A stretch of DNA of 37,561 nucleotides from Enterococcus phage AE4_2, in the sequence record MT747435.1. One strand, written 5' to 3'. The notes under the pieces were generated by a model. It searched no databases and was not told where the DNA came from. It saw only the letters and a list, made by a program, of their open reading frames with translations. Shown here piece after piece: positions 8,965 to 17,842 of the stretch. Made by a program: the position numbers and the translations under genes. The stretch's first letter is position 1, and each line of letters opens with the position of its first letter.

Positions 8965-9499
8965 AGCACGTTTAAGAAACTATGTGGATACCTTAAAAAA
9001 TTCAGTGGAAAAAGAAATAAGAGAAAAAAAGACGAAGGCTATTCGTGCACATATTGAATCGGAGTGGCTGAAAATTGATCCTGAATTTGAGAAATTGCAT
9101 AGATATTTCAGCTCACTTAGAATTCGCCAAAACGTAAAAAATGAACTTGTCGATTTGTTAGAAGAAAACAGTTTGGAGATATGGAGCTTTTATCGCGATA
9201 CGGATGCTAGAGATTTTGAAACCTATAAGAAAGGGTTTCTTGAAAAACTTAAGTATAACTCAATAAAAGGGCTTGCGAAAGTAGAAGCTGTTTACGATCA
9301 AGAAATCCGAGAGGTAAGAGAAACGTACAATGCGATTATTGCAAATGTAGAAAGAGTGCCTGCTAAACAAGGAGTGGCTTATCTTGAAGAACTAGGGATC
9401 AACGTTGATGTTTTTAAAGAGGAAGAAGCACAGCTTCCGATGATTGCCGTTGATAAAAGTAAATTGCGGTTACCATCTGAAACGGCTGATAGCAAATGA
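8951..9499 (+). CDS. Hypothetical protein (182 aa), translationally coupled to the DNA polymerase
   Basis: Its stop overlaps the pol start (ATGA). Confidence 0.55.
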   Translation: MKPTKARLRNYVDTLKNSVEKEIREKKTKAIRAHIESEWLKIDPEFEKLHRYFSSLRIRQNVKNELVDLLEENSLEIWSFYRDTDARDFETYKKGFLEKLKYNSIKGLAKVEAVYDQEIREVRETYNAIIANVERVPAKQGVAYLEELGINVDVFKEEEAQLPMIAVDKSKLRLPSETADSK

Positions 9500-11457
9500 A
9501 AACGTTAAATATTGATATTGAAACGTATTCGGATGAAGACTTAACCAAAGTTGGGGTTTATAAATACGCTGATAGCCCCAACTTTGAAATTTTACTTTTT
9601 GCTTATTCGGTTGATGGGCAGCCTGTCGAATGTGAGGATTTAACAATTAGTGAAATACCTGACGAGATAGTGGCTGCGCTAACAGATAAGAACGTGCTTA
9701 AAATTGCATTTAATGCCCAATTTGAGCGCGTTTGTTTGTCTAAGTATTTAGGTGTTCCGTACTACTTAGACCCTGCACAATGGCACTGTACGATGGTTCA
9801 CGCAAACGAATTAGGGTTGCCAGCTTCTTTAGGTCAGTGTGCGAAATATTTAAACATCGAACAGCAAAAAGATACGAGAGGTACGCAACTGATTAACTTC
9901 TTTTCTAAACCGTGTAAGCCGACTAAGAAAAACGGCATGCGCACAAGAAATTTACCTGAACACGCTCCCGAAAAATGGCAAACGTTTATAGAGTATTGCA
10001 TTCAAGACGTCAATGTAGAAATGGCTATCGCGAATAAGTTGAATCGCTTCCCTGTCCCCGAAAGTGAGTGGAAGCTTTACACATTGGATCAGCGAATTAA
10101 CGACCGAGGGGCAGAAATTGACCACGAATTGGCAACGGCTGCTATTGACATTATGGCCGATTTAAGTGAAGCGGGGCTAAACGAAATGAAGGAGTTAACA
10201 GGATTGGAAAATCCTAACAGCTTAGCGCAACTGAAAAAGTGGCTAGAAGAACAAGGAACGCCTTTCGAGAAACTAGGAAAAGAAGTTGTGTTAAAGGCTC
10301 TAGCATTAGGAAACTTGCCCGAGAATGTGGCGGAGGTATTAAAATTGCGCCTTAGCTTATCCAATTCAAGCACAAAAAAATATTTGATGATGGATAACGC
10401 CCGTTGTTCGGACAATCGCATTCACGGTATTTTACAATTTTACGGTGCCAACCGCACGGGACGTTGGGCAGGGCGATTATTACAAGTGCAGAACTTGCCT
10501 AGAAACTATTTAAGTGAAATTGACTTTGCCCGTCAGCTTGTGAAAGCAAAAGATGTTGAAGGCATCGAATTAATGTATGAAGATGTGCCAGACACATTGA
10601 AACAACTTATCCGAACAGGGTTAGTTGCCAAAGAAGGGCATCGTTTCATTGTGTCTGACTTTTCAGCGATTGAAGCTCGAGTGATTGCTTGGTACGCCAA
10701 ACAAGATTGGGTGCTCGAAGTATTCCGCACACACGGCAAAATTTACGAAGCAACAGCGGCGCAGATGTTCCATTTAGGTGAAGTAACAGACTACGACTGG
10801 AAAAGCCACGAAGGTAAAGACATGCGCCAACGTGGAAAAGTGGCGACATTGGCGCTTGGTTATCAAGGGGGCCCTGGTGCATTAAAAGCAATGGGCGCAC
10901 TAGAAAACGGTATTGAAGAACACGAATTACAAGATATTGTGGATCGTTGGCGTACTGCTAATAAACGAATTAAGAATTTTTGGCATGAAACCCAAAAAGC
11001 TGTGATTGACTGCCTGCAAAATGGCGGAATCAAAAAAGGACCTCGAGGGCTAAAATTCTATAAAAAAGCGGGTTTCTTATTTATTCAGTTACCAAGTGGG
11101 CGAAAACTGGCTTATGCCAAAGCTCATTTAGAACAAGGGGACTACGGCCCTGCTATTTTTTATGAGGGCCAAGGCGATAAAGTCGCTTTCACGGAACAGC
11201 AAACCTACGGCGGTAAATTGGTGGAAAACATTGTTCAAGCAACGGCAAGAGATGTTTTAGCAGAAGCGATGGTCCGCTTAGAAAAAGCAGGATACCCTAT
11301 TGTTTTTCATGTGCACGATGAGGCAGTAGCCGAAGTGCCAGAAGGGGAAAAATCTATTGAAGAAATGAACGAAATCATGTCTGTAGTTCCTGATTGGGCA
11401 GAAGGCTTACCGTTAAACGCCGAAGGGTTTGAAACGAAATATTACATGAAAGATTAA
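9496..11457 (+). CDS. Family A DNA polymerase with N-terminal 3'-5' exonuclease (no 5'-3' exo)
   Basis: Exo I motif DIET near the N-terminus. Pol A motif A (VSDFSAIEARVIAWY), motif B (RQRGKVATLALGYQGG) and motif C (VHDE) were read directly. Confidence 0.85.
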   Translation: MKTLNIDIETYSDEDLTKVGVYKYADSPNFEILLFAYSVDGQPVECEDLTISEIPDEIVAALTDKNVLKIAFNAQFERVCLSKYLGVPYYLDPAQWHCTMVHANELGLPASLGQCAKYLNIEQQKDTRGTQLINFFSKPCKPTKKNGMRTRNLPEHAPEKWQTFIEYCIQDVNVEMAIANKLNRFPVPESEWKLYTLDQRINDRGAEIDHELATAAIDIMADLSEAGLNEMKELTGLENPNSLAQLKKWLEEQGTPFEKLGKEVVLKALALGNLPENVAEVLKLRLSLSNSSTKKYLMMDNARCSDNRIHGILQFYGANRTGRWAGRLLQVQNLPRNYLSEIDFARQLVKAKDVEGIELMYEDVPDTLKQLIRTGLVAKEGHRFIVSDFSAIEARVIAWYAKQDWVLEVFRTHGKIYEATAAQMFHLGEVTDYDWKSHEGKDMRQRGKVATLALGYQGGPGALKAMGALENGIEEHELQDIVDRWRTANKRIKNFWHETQKAVIDCLQNGGIKKGPRGLKFYKKAGFLFIQLPSGRKLAYAKAHLEQGDYGPAIFYEGQGDKVAFTEQQTYGGKLVENIVQATARDVLAEAMVRLEKAGYPIVFHVHDEAVAEVPEGEKSIEEMNEIMSVVPDWAEGLPLNAEGFETKYYMKD

Positions 11458-11518
11458 TAAAAAGCGGAAGGAGTGGAGGTTTGCGGCCGCATAAAAAGCT
11501 TTTTGCTCCTTTAAAATT

Positions 11519-12211
11519 ATGAAACTAAACAAAATATATAACGAAGATTGCTTAGAAGGAATGAAACGAATACCAGATAAAAGTGTTGACTTGGTGATTA
11601 TTGATCCACCGTATTTAATGAAGCAAGGTAAAAGCGGTGGGGCATTTGGAAGAGATAAAAGAAGTTATCACAATGAAATTGAGTCAATGACAAATGACTT
11701 TGAAAGAAAAGTATTAGATGAATTGGTTCGCGTTATGAAAAAAATTAATTTATATGTTTGGTGTAGCAAAGATCAATTGCAAGGGTATATTAATTATTTT
11801 TCTCAAAAGGGCTGCACGTTGGACTTGCTGACTTGGCATAAAACAAATCCTGTGCCAACGTGCAACGGAAAATATCTAAGCGACACAGAATATTTACTAT
11901 TTTTTAAAGAAAAAGGTGTAAAAGTTTTTGGTAGTTATTCTACAAAGAAGAAATTTTATGTGACGCCAACAAACAAAAAAGACAAAGATTTGTATCAACA
12001 CCCTACAGTGAAACCATTAAATATAATCGAAAACCTAGTAATTAATAGCAGCCAAGAAAATGAAGTCGTTCTTGATTGTTTCATCGGTTCAGGTACAACT
12101 GCAGTTGCTGCAATTAATACTAATCGTCAGTTCATTGGTTTTGAGAAAGAAAAAGAATATTTTGATACTGCCAATAGACGGATTGAGGAAATTTTAGGGA
12201 GAAATAAATAG
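11519..12211 (+). CDS. Orphan DNA methyltransferase, beta-class (motif IV DPPY before motif I FxGxG); N6-adenine or N4-cytosine
   Basis: IIDPPY near the N-terminus and CFIGSGTTAVAA near the C-terminus. The gene is visibly more AT-rich than the flanking pol and primase genes. Confidence 0.75.
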   Translation: MKLNKIYNEDCLEGMKRIPDKSVDLVIIDPPYLMKQGKSGGAFGRDKRSYHNEIESMTNDFERKVLDELVRVMKKINLYVWCSKDQLQGYINYFSQKGCTLDLLTWHKTNPVPTCNGKYLSDTEYLLFFKEKGVKVFGSYSTKKKFYVTPTNKKDKDLYQHPTVKPLNIIENLVINSSQENEVVLDCFIGSGTTAVAAINTNRQFIGFEKEKEYFDTANRRIEEILGRNK

Positions 12212-12223
12212 AAAGGAAGCGTG

Positions 12224-14659
12224 ATGATGGAACAGCCAGAAAAAAACATCAAACTTGCGTACAATGGTGAAATCCATCTCGCAATTGGTACATCAAAAAC
12301 CGAGAAAAAATGGAAAAATCGGCAGATGTCTTGGTCGGATTTTATCCAACGGCTAAAGACCCCGACGGTTACACAAGAGACTGTCGAGGACTACAAAAAA
12401 ATGCCGAAATCGAAACAAGGCGAGGTCAAAGACGTTGGGGCGTTTATTGGTGGTTGGTTAAAAGAAGGACGACGGAAAAGAGGAAACACGCAACAGCGAA
12501 GTCTTGTTACGTTAGATGCTGATAGTACGACGTTAGACTTTTGGGACGATGTACAGCTGTTATTTGACCATGCCGCAGCTATCTACACGACACACAGCCA
12601 TTTAGTCAAAGGTCCGCGCTATAGGCTGATTATTCCGCTAAATCGCCCAGTGACGGCCGAAGAATATGAACCTCTAGCGAGAAAGCTTGCGGAGTTTTTC
12701 GGCATGGATAACTTCGATGATACGACCTATCAGGTAGAACGCTTAATGTATTGGCCCAGTCATTCGATAGACGGGGAATATTTCACCGATAACATCGATT
12801 TGCCGTGGGTCGACCCTGACGAAATTCTAAGCCAATACGAAGACTGGCGAGATGCAAGTTTTTGGCCTGAGAGTTCACGGGGGCATTCAATTCGTGAAAG
12901 ACAAGCAAAAAAAGCAGGCGACCCATTAGAGAAAAAAGGAATTGTAGGCGCGTTTTGTCGCACGTATGACATTGTTTCAGCGATTGAAACCTTTTTACCT
13001 GCCACCTACGGCCCTACAGGAAGAGAGGACCGTTGGACGTTTTTAGAAGGTTCTACTAGTGGTGGGTTAGTGATTTATGATGATAAGTTCGCTTATTCTC
13101 ACCACGGTACGGACCCTGTAGGCGATCAACTGGTGAATGCGTTTGACCTTGTCCGTATCCATCTGTTTGGCGATTTAGATGAAGACGTCAAACCTACGAC
13201 GCGGATTGACCGTTACCCATCGTTTAAAGCGATGCGAGAGTTTGCGATGGAAGACAAGCAAGTGAAGACCTTACTTCAAAGCGAACGGTTGTCACAAGCG
13301 TTAGAAGACTTTGACGGCGAGCTAGACGAATTGGAAGAGAACGACAAAGACTGGTTTACAAAATTGGACCTCGAAATTGACGAATACGGTCAGATTATGG
13401 CTTCCGCGAAAAATTTAGAAGTCATTATGCTGAACGACCCGAACCTTAAAAAGAAAATTTTTATGAACAGTTTCTCTAATCGTATTGAGGTGAAAGACAA
13501 CTTGCCTTGGCGAAAATTAGACCGAGACAAGATGTGGAAGGACAGCGACGATGCGGGGTTACGTGTATACATCGAAAAAATTTACGGTATTGTGAACCGT
13601 GGCAAAATTGATGATGCGCTAGTCCAAGAAATTGAAAGAAACTCATATGATCCAGTGAAAGAATACCTGGAGAGCTTGCACTGGGACGGAGTGCCTCGCG
13701 TAGAAACTTTACTAATAGACTACTTAGGCGCAGAAGATACACCGTTCAATCGAGTAGTTACGAAAAAATTTCTTACGGCTGCCGTAGGGCGTATTTTTGT
13801 GCCAGGGATTAAGTTTGACTACATGCTAGTGACTAGCGGTCCGCAAGGAATAGGAAAAACGCTATTGCCTGCAAAATTGGCGGGAGACTGGTTTTCTAAC
13901 AGCTTAGAAGGTGTGACGGGGAAAGACTCTTACGAAGCGTTGCAAGGTGTTTGGATCATGGAAATGGGCGAATTGTCAGCGACAAAAAAAGCAGACATTG
14001 AAGCCACCAAACATTTTATTAGCAAGCAAGAAGACATTTTCCGCGTTGCTTACGGTCGGCATAAGTCCTATTTTAAACGCCGTTGTGTCTTTTGGGGAAC
14101 AACGAACGACAACGAGTTTCTGAGAGATAAAACAGGAAATCGGCGTTTTTGGCCAGTAGACGTCGGCATTCAACCGATTAAAAATAAAGTGTGGGAAATG
14201 ACCGACGAAACGCGCAATCAGATATGGGCGGAAGCCGTTGAGTTGTGGCAAGCAGGAGAACCTTTGTATTTAACAGACGAACAAGAAAAACTAGCGCTAG
14301 AAGCCCAAGAAATGCACACGGAAACCTCTAGCATGGAAGGCGAAATCCTTGAGTATTTGGAAATCCCAATAACGGAAGATTGGTACAAACGAAGTAAACA
14401 AGAAAGACGAGAGTATATCCAAGGGTGGGGGACGGATATTCAGGAAGAAGGCGAGATTGTTAGAAACCGAGTATGTGTCGCAGAAGTTTGGAATGAATTG
14501 TACAACGGGGATTCTAAAAACATACATCCAGCTAAGGCTGCAGAAATTCGTCAAGTTTTAAGCCATTTATATGGTTGGGAGAAATACAAATTGAGTAGAG
14601 GCAGGCTTAAATTTGGTCCAGGTTATGGATTACAAACAGCCTTTACCCGATGTGAATGA
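12224..14659 (+). CDS. Primase/helicase of the VirE/D5-like type (primase-polymerase-like N-terminus + P-loop NTPase C-terminus)
   Basis: Walker A VTSGPQGIGKT in the C-terminal half. 812-aa protein immediately upstream of an iteron array. RBS GAAAGGAAG. Confidence 0.7.
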   Translation: MMEQPEKNIKLAYNGEIHLAIGTSKTEKKWKNRQMSWSDFIQRLKTPTVTQETVEDYKKMPKSKQGEVKDVGAFIGGWLKEGRRKRGNTQQRSLVTLDADSTTLDFWDDVQLLFDHAAAIYTTHSHLVKGPRYRLIIPLNRPVTAEEYEPLARKLAEFFGMDNFDDTTYQVERLMYWPSHSIDGEYFTDNIDLPWVDPDEILSQYEDWRDASFWPESSRGHSIRERQAKKAGDPLEKKGIVGAFCRTYDIVSAIETFLPATYGPTGREDRWTFLEGSTSGGLVIYDDKFAYSHHGTDPVGDQLVNAFDLVRIHLFGDLDEDVKPTTRIDRYPSFKAMREFAMEDKQVKTLLQSERLSQALEDFDGELDELEENDKDWFTKLDLEIDEYGQIMASAKNLEVIMLNDPNLKKKIFMNSFSNRIEVKDNLPWRKLDRDKMWKDSDDAGLRVYIEKIYGIVNRGKIDDALVQEIERNSYDPVKEYLESLHWDGVPRVETLLIDYLGAEDTPFNRVVTKKFLTAAVGRIFVPGIKFDYMLVTSGPQGIGKTLLPAKLAGDWFSNSLEGVTGKDSYEALQGVWIMEMGELSATKKADIEATKHFISKQEDIFRVAYGRHKSYFKRRCVFWGTTNDNEFLRDKTGNRRFWPVDVGIQPIKNKVWEMTDETRNQIWAEAVELWQAGEPLYLTDEQEKLALEAQEMHTETSSMEGEILEYLEIPITEDWYKRSKQERREYIQGWGTDIQEEGEIVRNRVCVAEVWNELYNGDSKNIHPAKAAEIRQVLSHLYGWEKYKLSRGRLKFGPGYGLQTAFTRCE

Positions 14660-14930
14660 CGGATACTGGCGTGGATACCGTTAAAAACAGAAATGCTATT
14701 AAATCAACGTTTTTACGGTATCCATAATTTTTAGAGGATGGATACCGTAAAAATGTGATGAGTATCCATAGTATCCATTAAAAAACGGCATGGATACTGG
14801 TATGGATACCGCAAAAAGCTATTTATACCAAGTGTTCAAGGGCTAAAGTATCCACAGTATCCATAAAACCTATTCATATATAGAAATAGTTAATATACAT
14901 ATATAGCGTATATATGTATATATGTAAAAT
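14660..14930. repeat. Putative origin of replication: array of at least 12 GGATAC/GTATCC hexamers (often as ATGGATACCG) followed by an AT-rich alternating (TA)n-like unwinding element
   Basis: Read directly: 14661, 14673, 14716, 14740, 14762, 14771, 14792, 14803, 14848, 14857 and others, then the AT-rich stretch 14878-14926. Two more copies lie at 14959-14976. The array starts immediately after the primase stop. Confidence 0.65.
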
Positions 14931-14991
14931 GGGGTATTTAGCCTATTCGCGTGCGCGAGGGATACTTTGGATACCGACGAGGAGGCAAGAT

Positions 14992-15312
14992 ATGCAAATC
15001 GAAAACGACATTGAAAAGTACCTAATTAGGCAGATAAAACGCACAGGAGCTTTATGTTATAAATTCACTTCCCCAGGAACTAGAGGTGTTCCTGATAGAA
15101 TTATCTTGTATCAAGGTAATGTGTTTTTCGTTGAATTGAAAAGGCCTGGAGGAAAGCCAAGAAAAGACCAGTTAAAAATTATAGAAAAATTCAAAGAGCA
15201 GCTTATCCCAGTGTTTGTCATTGACAGCAAGCAAGGAGTGGATACGTTAATCTACGCAATGCAAAGCGGTATAGCAAGAGTTATGCCTGATATGCCGCGT
15301 AAAAAGGAGTGA
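14992..15312 (+). CDS. VRR-NUC domain nuclease
   Basis: RBS GGAGG 6 nt before the ATG at 14992. Sequence VPDRIILYQGNVFFVELKRPGGK fits the VRR-NUC PD-(D/E)xK core. The ORF-track start at 14914 lies within the AT-rich ori. Confidence 0.65.
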   Translation: MQIENDIEKYLIRQIKRTGALCYKFTSPGTRGVPDRIILYQGNVFFVELKRPGGKPRKDQLKIIEKFKEQLIPVFVIDSKQGVDTLIYAMQSGIARVMPDMPRKKE

Positions 15313-15318
15313 TTGAGT

Positions 15319-16692
15319 TTGAAAGCAACGTTACATCCCTATCAGGAATACTCTAAGAATTTTATTCTTGATCATCCTTACTGTGCTTTGCTGTTAGACA
15401 TGGGACTAGGGAAAACCTTATCCAGTTTGACAGCTATTGACGAATTGTTACACACGTTTGAAATTATTGAGAATGTGTTAGTGATTGCCCCATTATCAGT
15501 TGCCGAGAAAACTTGGACCGATGAAATTGAAAAATGGGACCATCTACAGCACCTCACTTTTTCAAAAGTGTTAGGAAACCCAAAACAACGCGAAGAAGCT
15601 TTATTCAAAAAGGCAGATGTCTATTTAATCAATCGTGAAAATGTGGAGTGGTTAGTCAATTATTATCAGCGAAACTGGCCCTTTAAAACTGTGATTATTG
15701 ATGAATTATCCAGTTTTAAGTCAAGTAGTGCCAAACGATTTAAAGCATTACGAAAAGTACGCCCGAAGATGGAACGTGTTATCGGGCTAACAGGCACACC
15801 TTCCCCAAACAGCTTGATGGATTTGTGGGCGCAAATGTACTTATTAGACCAAGGCGAACGGCTAGGAAAAACCATCACCCAATACCGCAATAAATATTTT
15901 GTTCCCGCACAAAAAAACGGGCATATCGTGTATTCTTGGCAATTAATCCCAGGAGCAGAAGAAGCGATTTACAACAAAATAAGCGATATATGCGTGAGTA
16001 TGAAAGCAAAAGATTATTTGCGACTCCCACCGAGAACGGAAAATATTATCGAGCTAGACTTGAACCCGACAAGCTGGAAACAGTACAAAGAGCTAGAACG
16101 GGAATACGTGTTAGAACTCGAAGGAACAGACGTTGTAGCTAGTAATGCGGCTACACTATCAAACAAGCTTTTACAGCTGTCTAACGGCGCTGTATACGAC
16201 GAAAACGGTGACGGAAGGGAAATACACCAAGAAAAGTTAAATGCGCTAGAACGCGTTATAGAGGACGCACAAGGGCAATCAGTTTTAGTCTTTTATCAAT
16301 ACCAACATGACTTAGAAAGAATCCAAGCACGATTTAAACAAGCAAAGGCTTTAAATGTGTCTGACGGGGATATTGAGAAATGGAATGAGGGAAAAATTCC
16401 GTTACTTTTAGCTCATCCGCAATCAGCAGGCCACGGCCTAAATTTACAAAAAGGCGGGCACATTATCGTATGGTTTGGGCTTACGTGGTCTTTGGAGTTT
16501 TATCAACAAGCCAATGCCAGGTTAGACCGCCAAGGACAAACACAGCCTGTTATTATTCATCACTTAGTGACGAAAGGAACTATCGACGAACAAGTAATCA
16601 AAGCTTTACAAGCGAAAGAACAAGGCCAATCAGCGCTAATGGCTGCAGTGAAAGCCAAAATTGAGGAGTATAGGGGGGATAAACTTGGATAA
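15319..16692 (+). CDS. SNF2-family helicase/ATPase
   Basis: Helicase motif I LLDMGLGKT, motif II IIDELSS, and C-terminal helicase motifs (HPQSAGHGLNLQ, QANARLDRQGQ). Start approximate (TTG at 15313 or 15319). Confidence 0.8.
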   Translation: MKATLHPYQEYSKNFILDHPYCALLLDMGLGKTLSSLTAIDELLHTFEIIENVLVIAPLSVAEKTWTDEIEKWDHLQHLTFSKVLGNPKQREEALFKKADVYLINRENVEWLVNYYQRNWPFKTVIIDELSSFKSSSAKRFKALRKVRPKMERVIGLTGTPSPNSLMDLWAQMYLLDQGERLGKTITQYRNKYFVPAQKNGHIVYSWQLIPGAEEAIYNKISDICVSMKAKDYLRLPPRTENIIELDLNPTSWKQYKELEREYVLELEGTDVVASNAATLSNKLLQLSNGAVYDENGDGREIHQEKLNALERVIEDAQGQSVLVFYQYQHDLERIQARFKQAKALNVSDGDIEKWNEGKIPLLLAHPQSAGHGLNLQKGGHIIVWFGLTWSLEFYQQANARLDRQGQTQPVIIHHLVTKGTIDEQVIKALQAKEQGQSALMAAVKAKIEEYRGDKLG

Positions 16693-16727
16693 ATTAATAT
16701 CTTTCTGGTTATGTTTAGGTTTAGCTA

Positions 16728-16885
16728 TGATGATATACAAAGTATCGGAGTGGATTATTTCGATATTAGCTAGGATACCGTATGATGTTAGATTTATATT
16801 GCTATCCGCATTATTAACTCTAATTCTGTATAAAAATGTACAAGTTACGGTTAATAGTGAAAGCGATGAACAAGAAGGTAGGTGA
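16728..16885 (+). CDS. Small hydrophobic protein (uncertain)
   Basis: ORF with a TM-like segment, overlapping the SNF2 end and the ArpU-like start. No clear RBS. Confidence 0.25.
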
Positions 16886-17306
16886 AAGTACATTGTACGA
16901 ATGGTTAGTCAGCTATCAAAAATTAGAACAAGAAATCTATTACTTAGACTGGGAGCTAGAAACGTATAAAAAAGAGTTAGAAAGATGGTGTGACCCAGAG
17001 GATTTAGGAAGATACACACTAACAAAAGATTCCAAAGCTTCTAAGTTGGAAGATATTATCGAAGACTTAGAAAAACGTTTAGCGTGGAAAATGAACTCAA
17101 TTTACGATTTACGAAAGCTAGTTTATAGTTTCAAAGGACTAGATCAACACATTTTAAGAATGAAATATTTTGAAGGTCTGACACTGAAAGAAATCGCAAA
17201 AGAATTGAACCATGGGTATGATTATATCAGAAAAAGACATGCCTCTATTATCAATGAATCAAAAAGAGGGCACAAAAAAGGCACAACATCTCTTGATAAA
17301 TCGTGA
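16836..17306 (+). CDS. ArpU/RinA-like late transcriptional activator (sigma-70 region-4-like HTH)
   Basis: C-terminal segment LTLKEIAKELNHGYDYIRKRHASI is a sigma-r4-like HTH. Position directly upstream of terS is typical for late-operon activators. Start uncertain (16836, 16866 or 16893). Confidence 0.55.
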   Translation: MYKLRLIVKAMNKKVGESTLYEWLVSYQKLEQEIYYLDWELETYKKELERWCDPEDLGRYTLTKDSKASKLEDIIEDLEKRLAWKMNSIYDLRKLVYSFKGLDQHILRMKYFEGLTLKEIAKELNHGYDYIRKRHASIINESKRGHKKGTTSLDKS

Positions 17307-17392
17307 TATACTGATATCAGTAAAATTATGCAGAAAAGGCATCTTCCGTTTTTGGAAGGTGTCTATTTTTTATACAGAAAGAAGGTGAGGTC

Positions 17393-17842
17393 ATGGCAAA
17401 GTACACAGAGTGGCTAACCGATGAAGGGTTAATCAAAATCGAAGGATGGGCACGAGATGGCCTCATCGATAAGCAGATAGCCCAAAATATCGGGGTATCC
17501 GAACGAACATTTACCGATTGGAAAAAGAAATTTTCTTCCATTTCTTCCGCCCTTAAAAAAGGGAAAGAAGTTGTCGATCGCCAAGTGGAGAATGCATTGT
17601 TTAAGAGTGCCACAGGCTACGAATACACCGAAGTTACAGAAGAACTGACAGAAAACGGTATGGAGATTACAAAAAGGGTTACAAAACAAGTAGCCCCTAA
17701 TCCAACTGCGGCTATTTTCTGGTTGAAAAACAGAAAGCCAGACGAATGGCGAGATCGAAAAGAAACCGAAGTTTCAGGATCGCTTAATATTTCCGATGCA
17801 GCAGTCGAAATCGAGCAGTTTTTCGAGGATGATTCTACATGA
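17393..17842 (+). CDS. terS: Terminase small subunit
   Basis: RBS GAAAGAAGGTGAGG. N-terminal HTH-like region (DKQIAQNIGVSERTFTDWKKK). Overlaps terL by ATGA coupling. Confidence 0.7.
   Translation: MAKYTEWLTDEGLIKIEGWARDGLIDKQIAQNIGVSERTFTDWKKKFSSISSALKKGKEVVDRQVENALFKSATGYEYTEVTEELTENGMEITKRVTKQVAPNPTAAIFWLKNRKPDEWRDRKETEVSGSLNISDAAVEIEQFFEDDST

Noticed and set aside
10089..10900. Minus-strand ORFs (110, 68 and 84 aa) within the DNA polymerase gene
   Set aside because: They are antisense to a gene with clear Pol A motifs, have no RBS, and their translations are low-complexity. They are spurious.
11470..11512. AAAAAGCTTTTT palindrome (and NotI site GCGGCCGC) upstream of the methyltransferase as a terminator
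   Set aside because: It is a loopless palindrome with no GC-rich stem, so it is unlikely to form a functional intrinsic terminator. It is noted only as the left boundary of the AT-rich MTase insertion.
12310..12522. 70-aa alternative-frame plus-strand ORF inside the primase gene
   Set aside because: It is fully embedded in the 812-aa primase ORF in another frame. It has no SD and an arginine-rich translation typical of out-of-frame reading of GC-richer coding DNA.
14660..14930. Possible CRISPR array (short repeated GGATAC units)
   Set aside because: The repeats are 6-10 bp, in both orientations, with irregular spacing and no conserved spacer/repeat periodicity. That pattern fits replication-origin iterons rather than a CRISPR array.
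14914..14991. ORF-track start of the VRR-NUC gene at 14914 (MYICKMGYLAYSRARG...)
   Set aside because: This N-terminal extension lies in the AT-rich unwinding element and iterons of the origin and has no RBS. The ATG at 14992 has a canonical GGAGG SD 6 nt upstream.
17326..17689. Minus-strand ORFs overlapping terS and the preceding intergenic region
   Set aside because: They are antisense to a well-supported terS with a strong RBS and have no SD. The intergenic hairpin CTTCC/GGAAG at about 17352-17370 is more plausibly a late-promoter or attenuator feature than a coding region.
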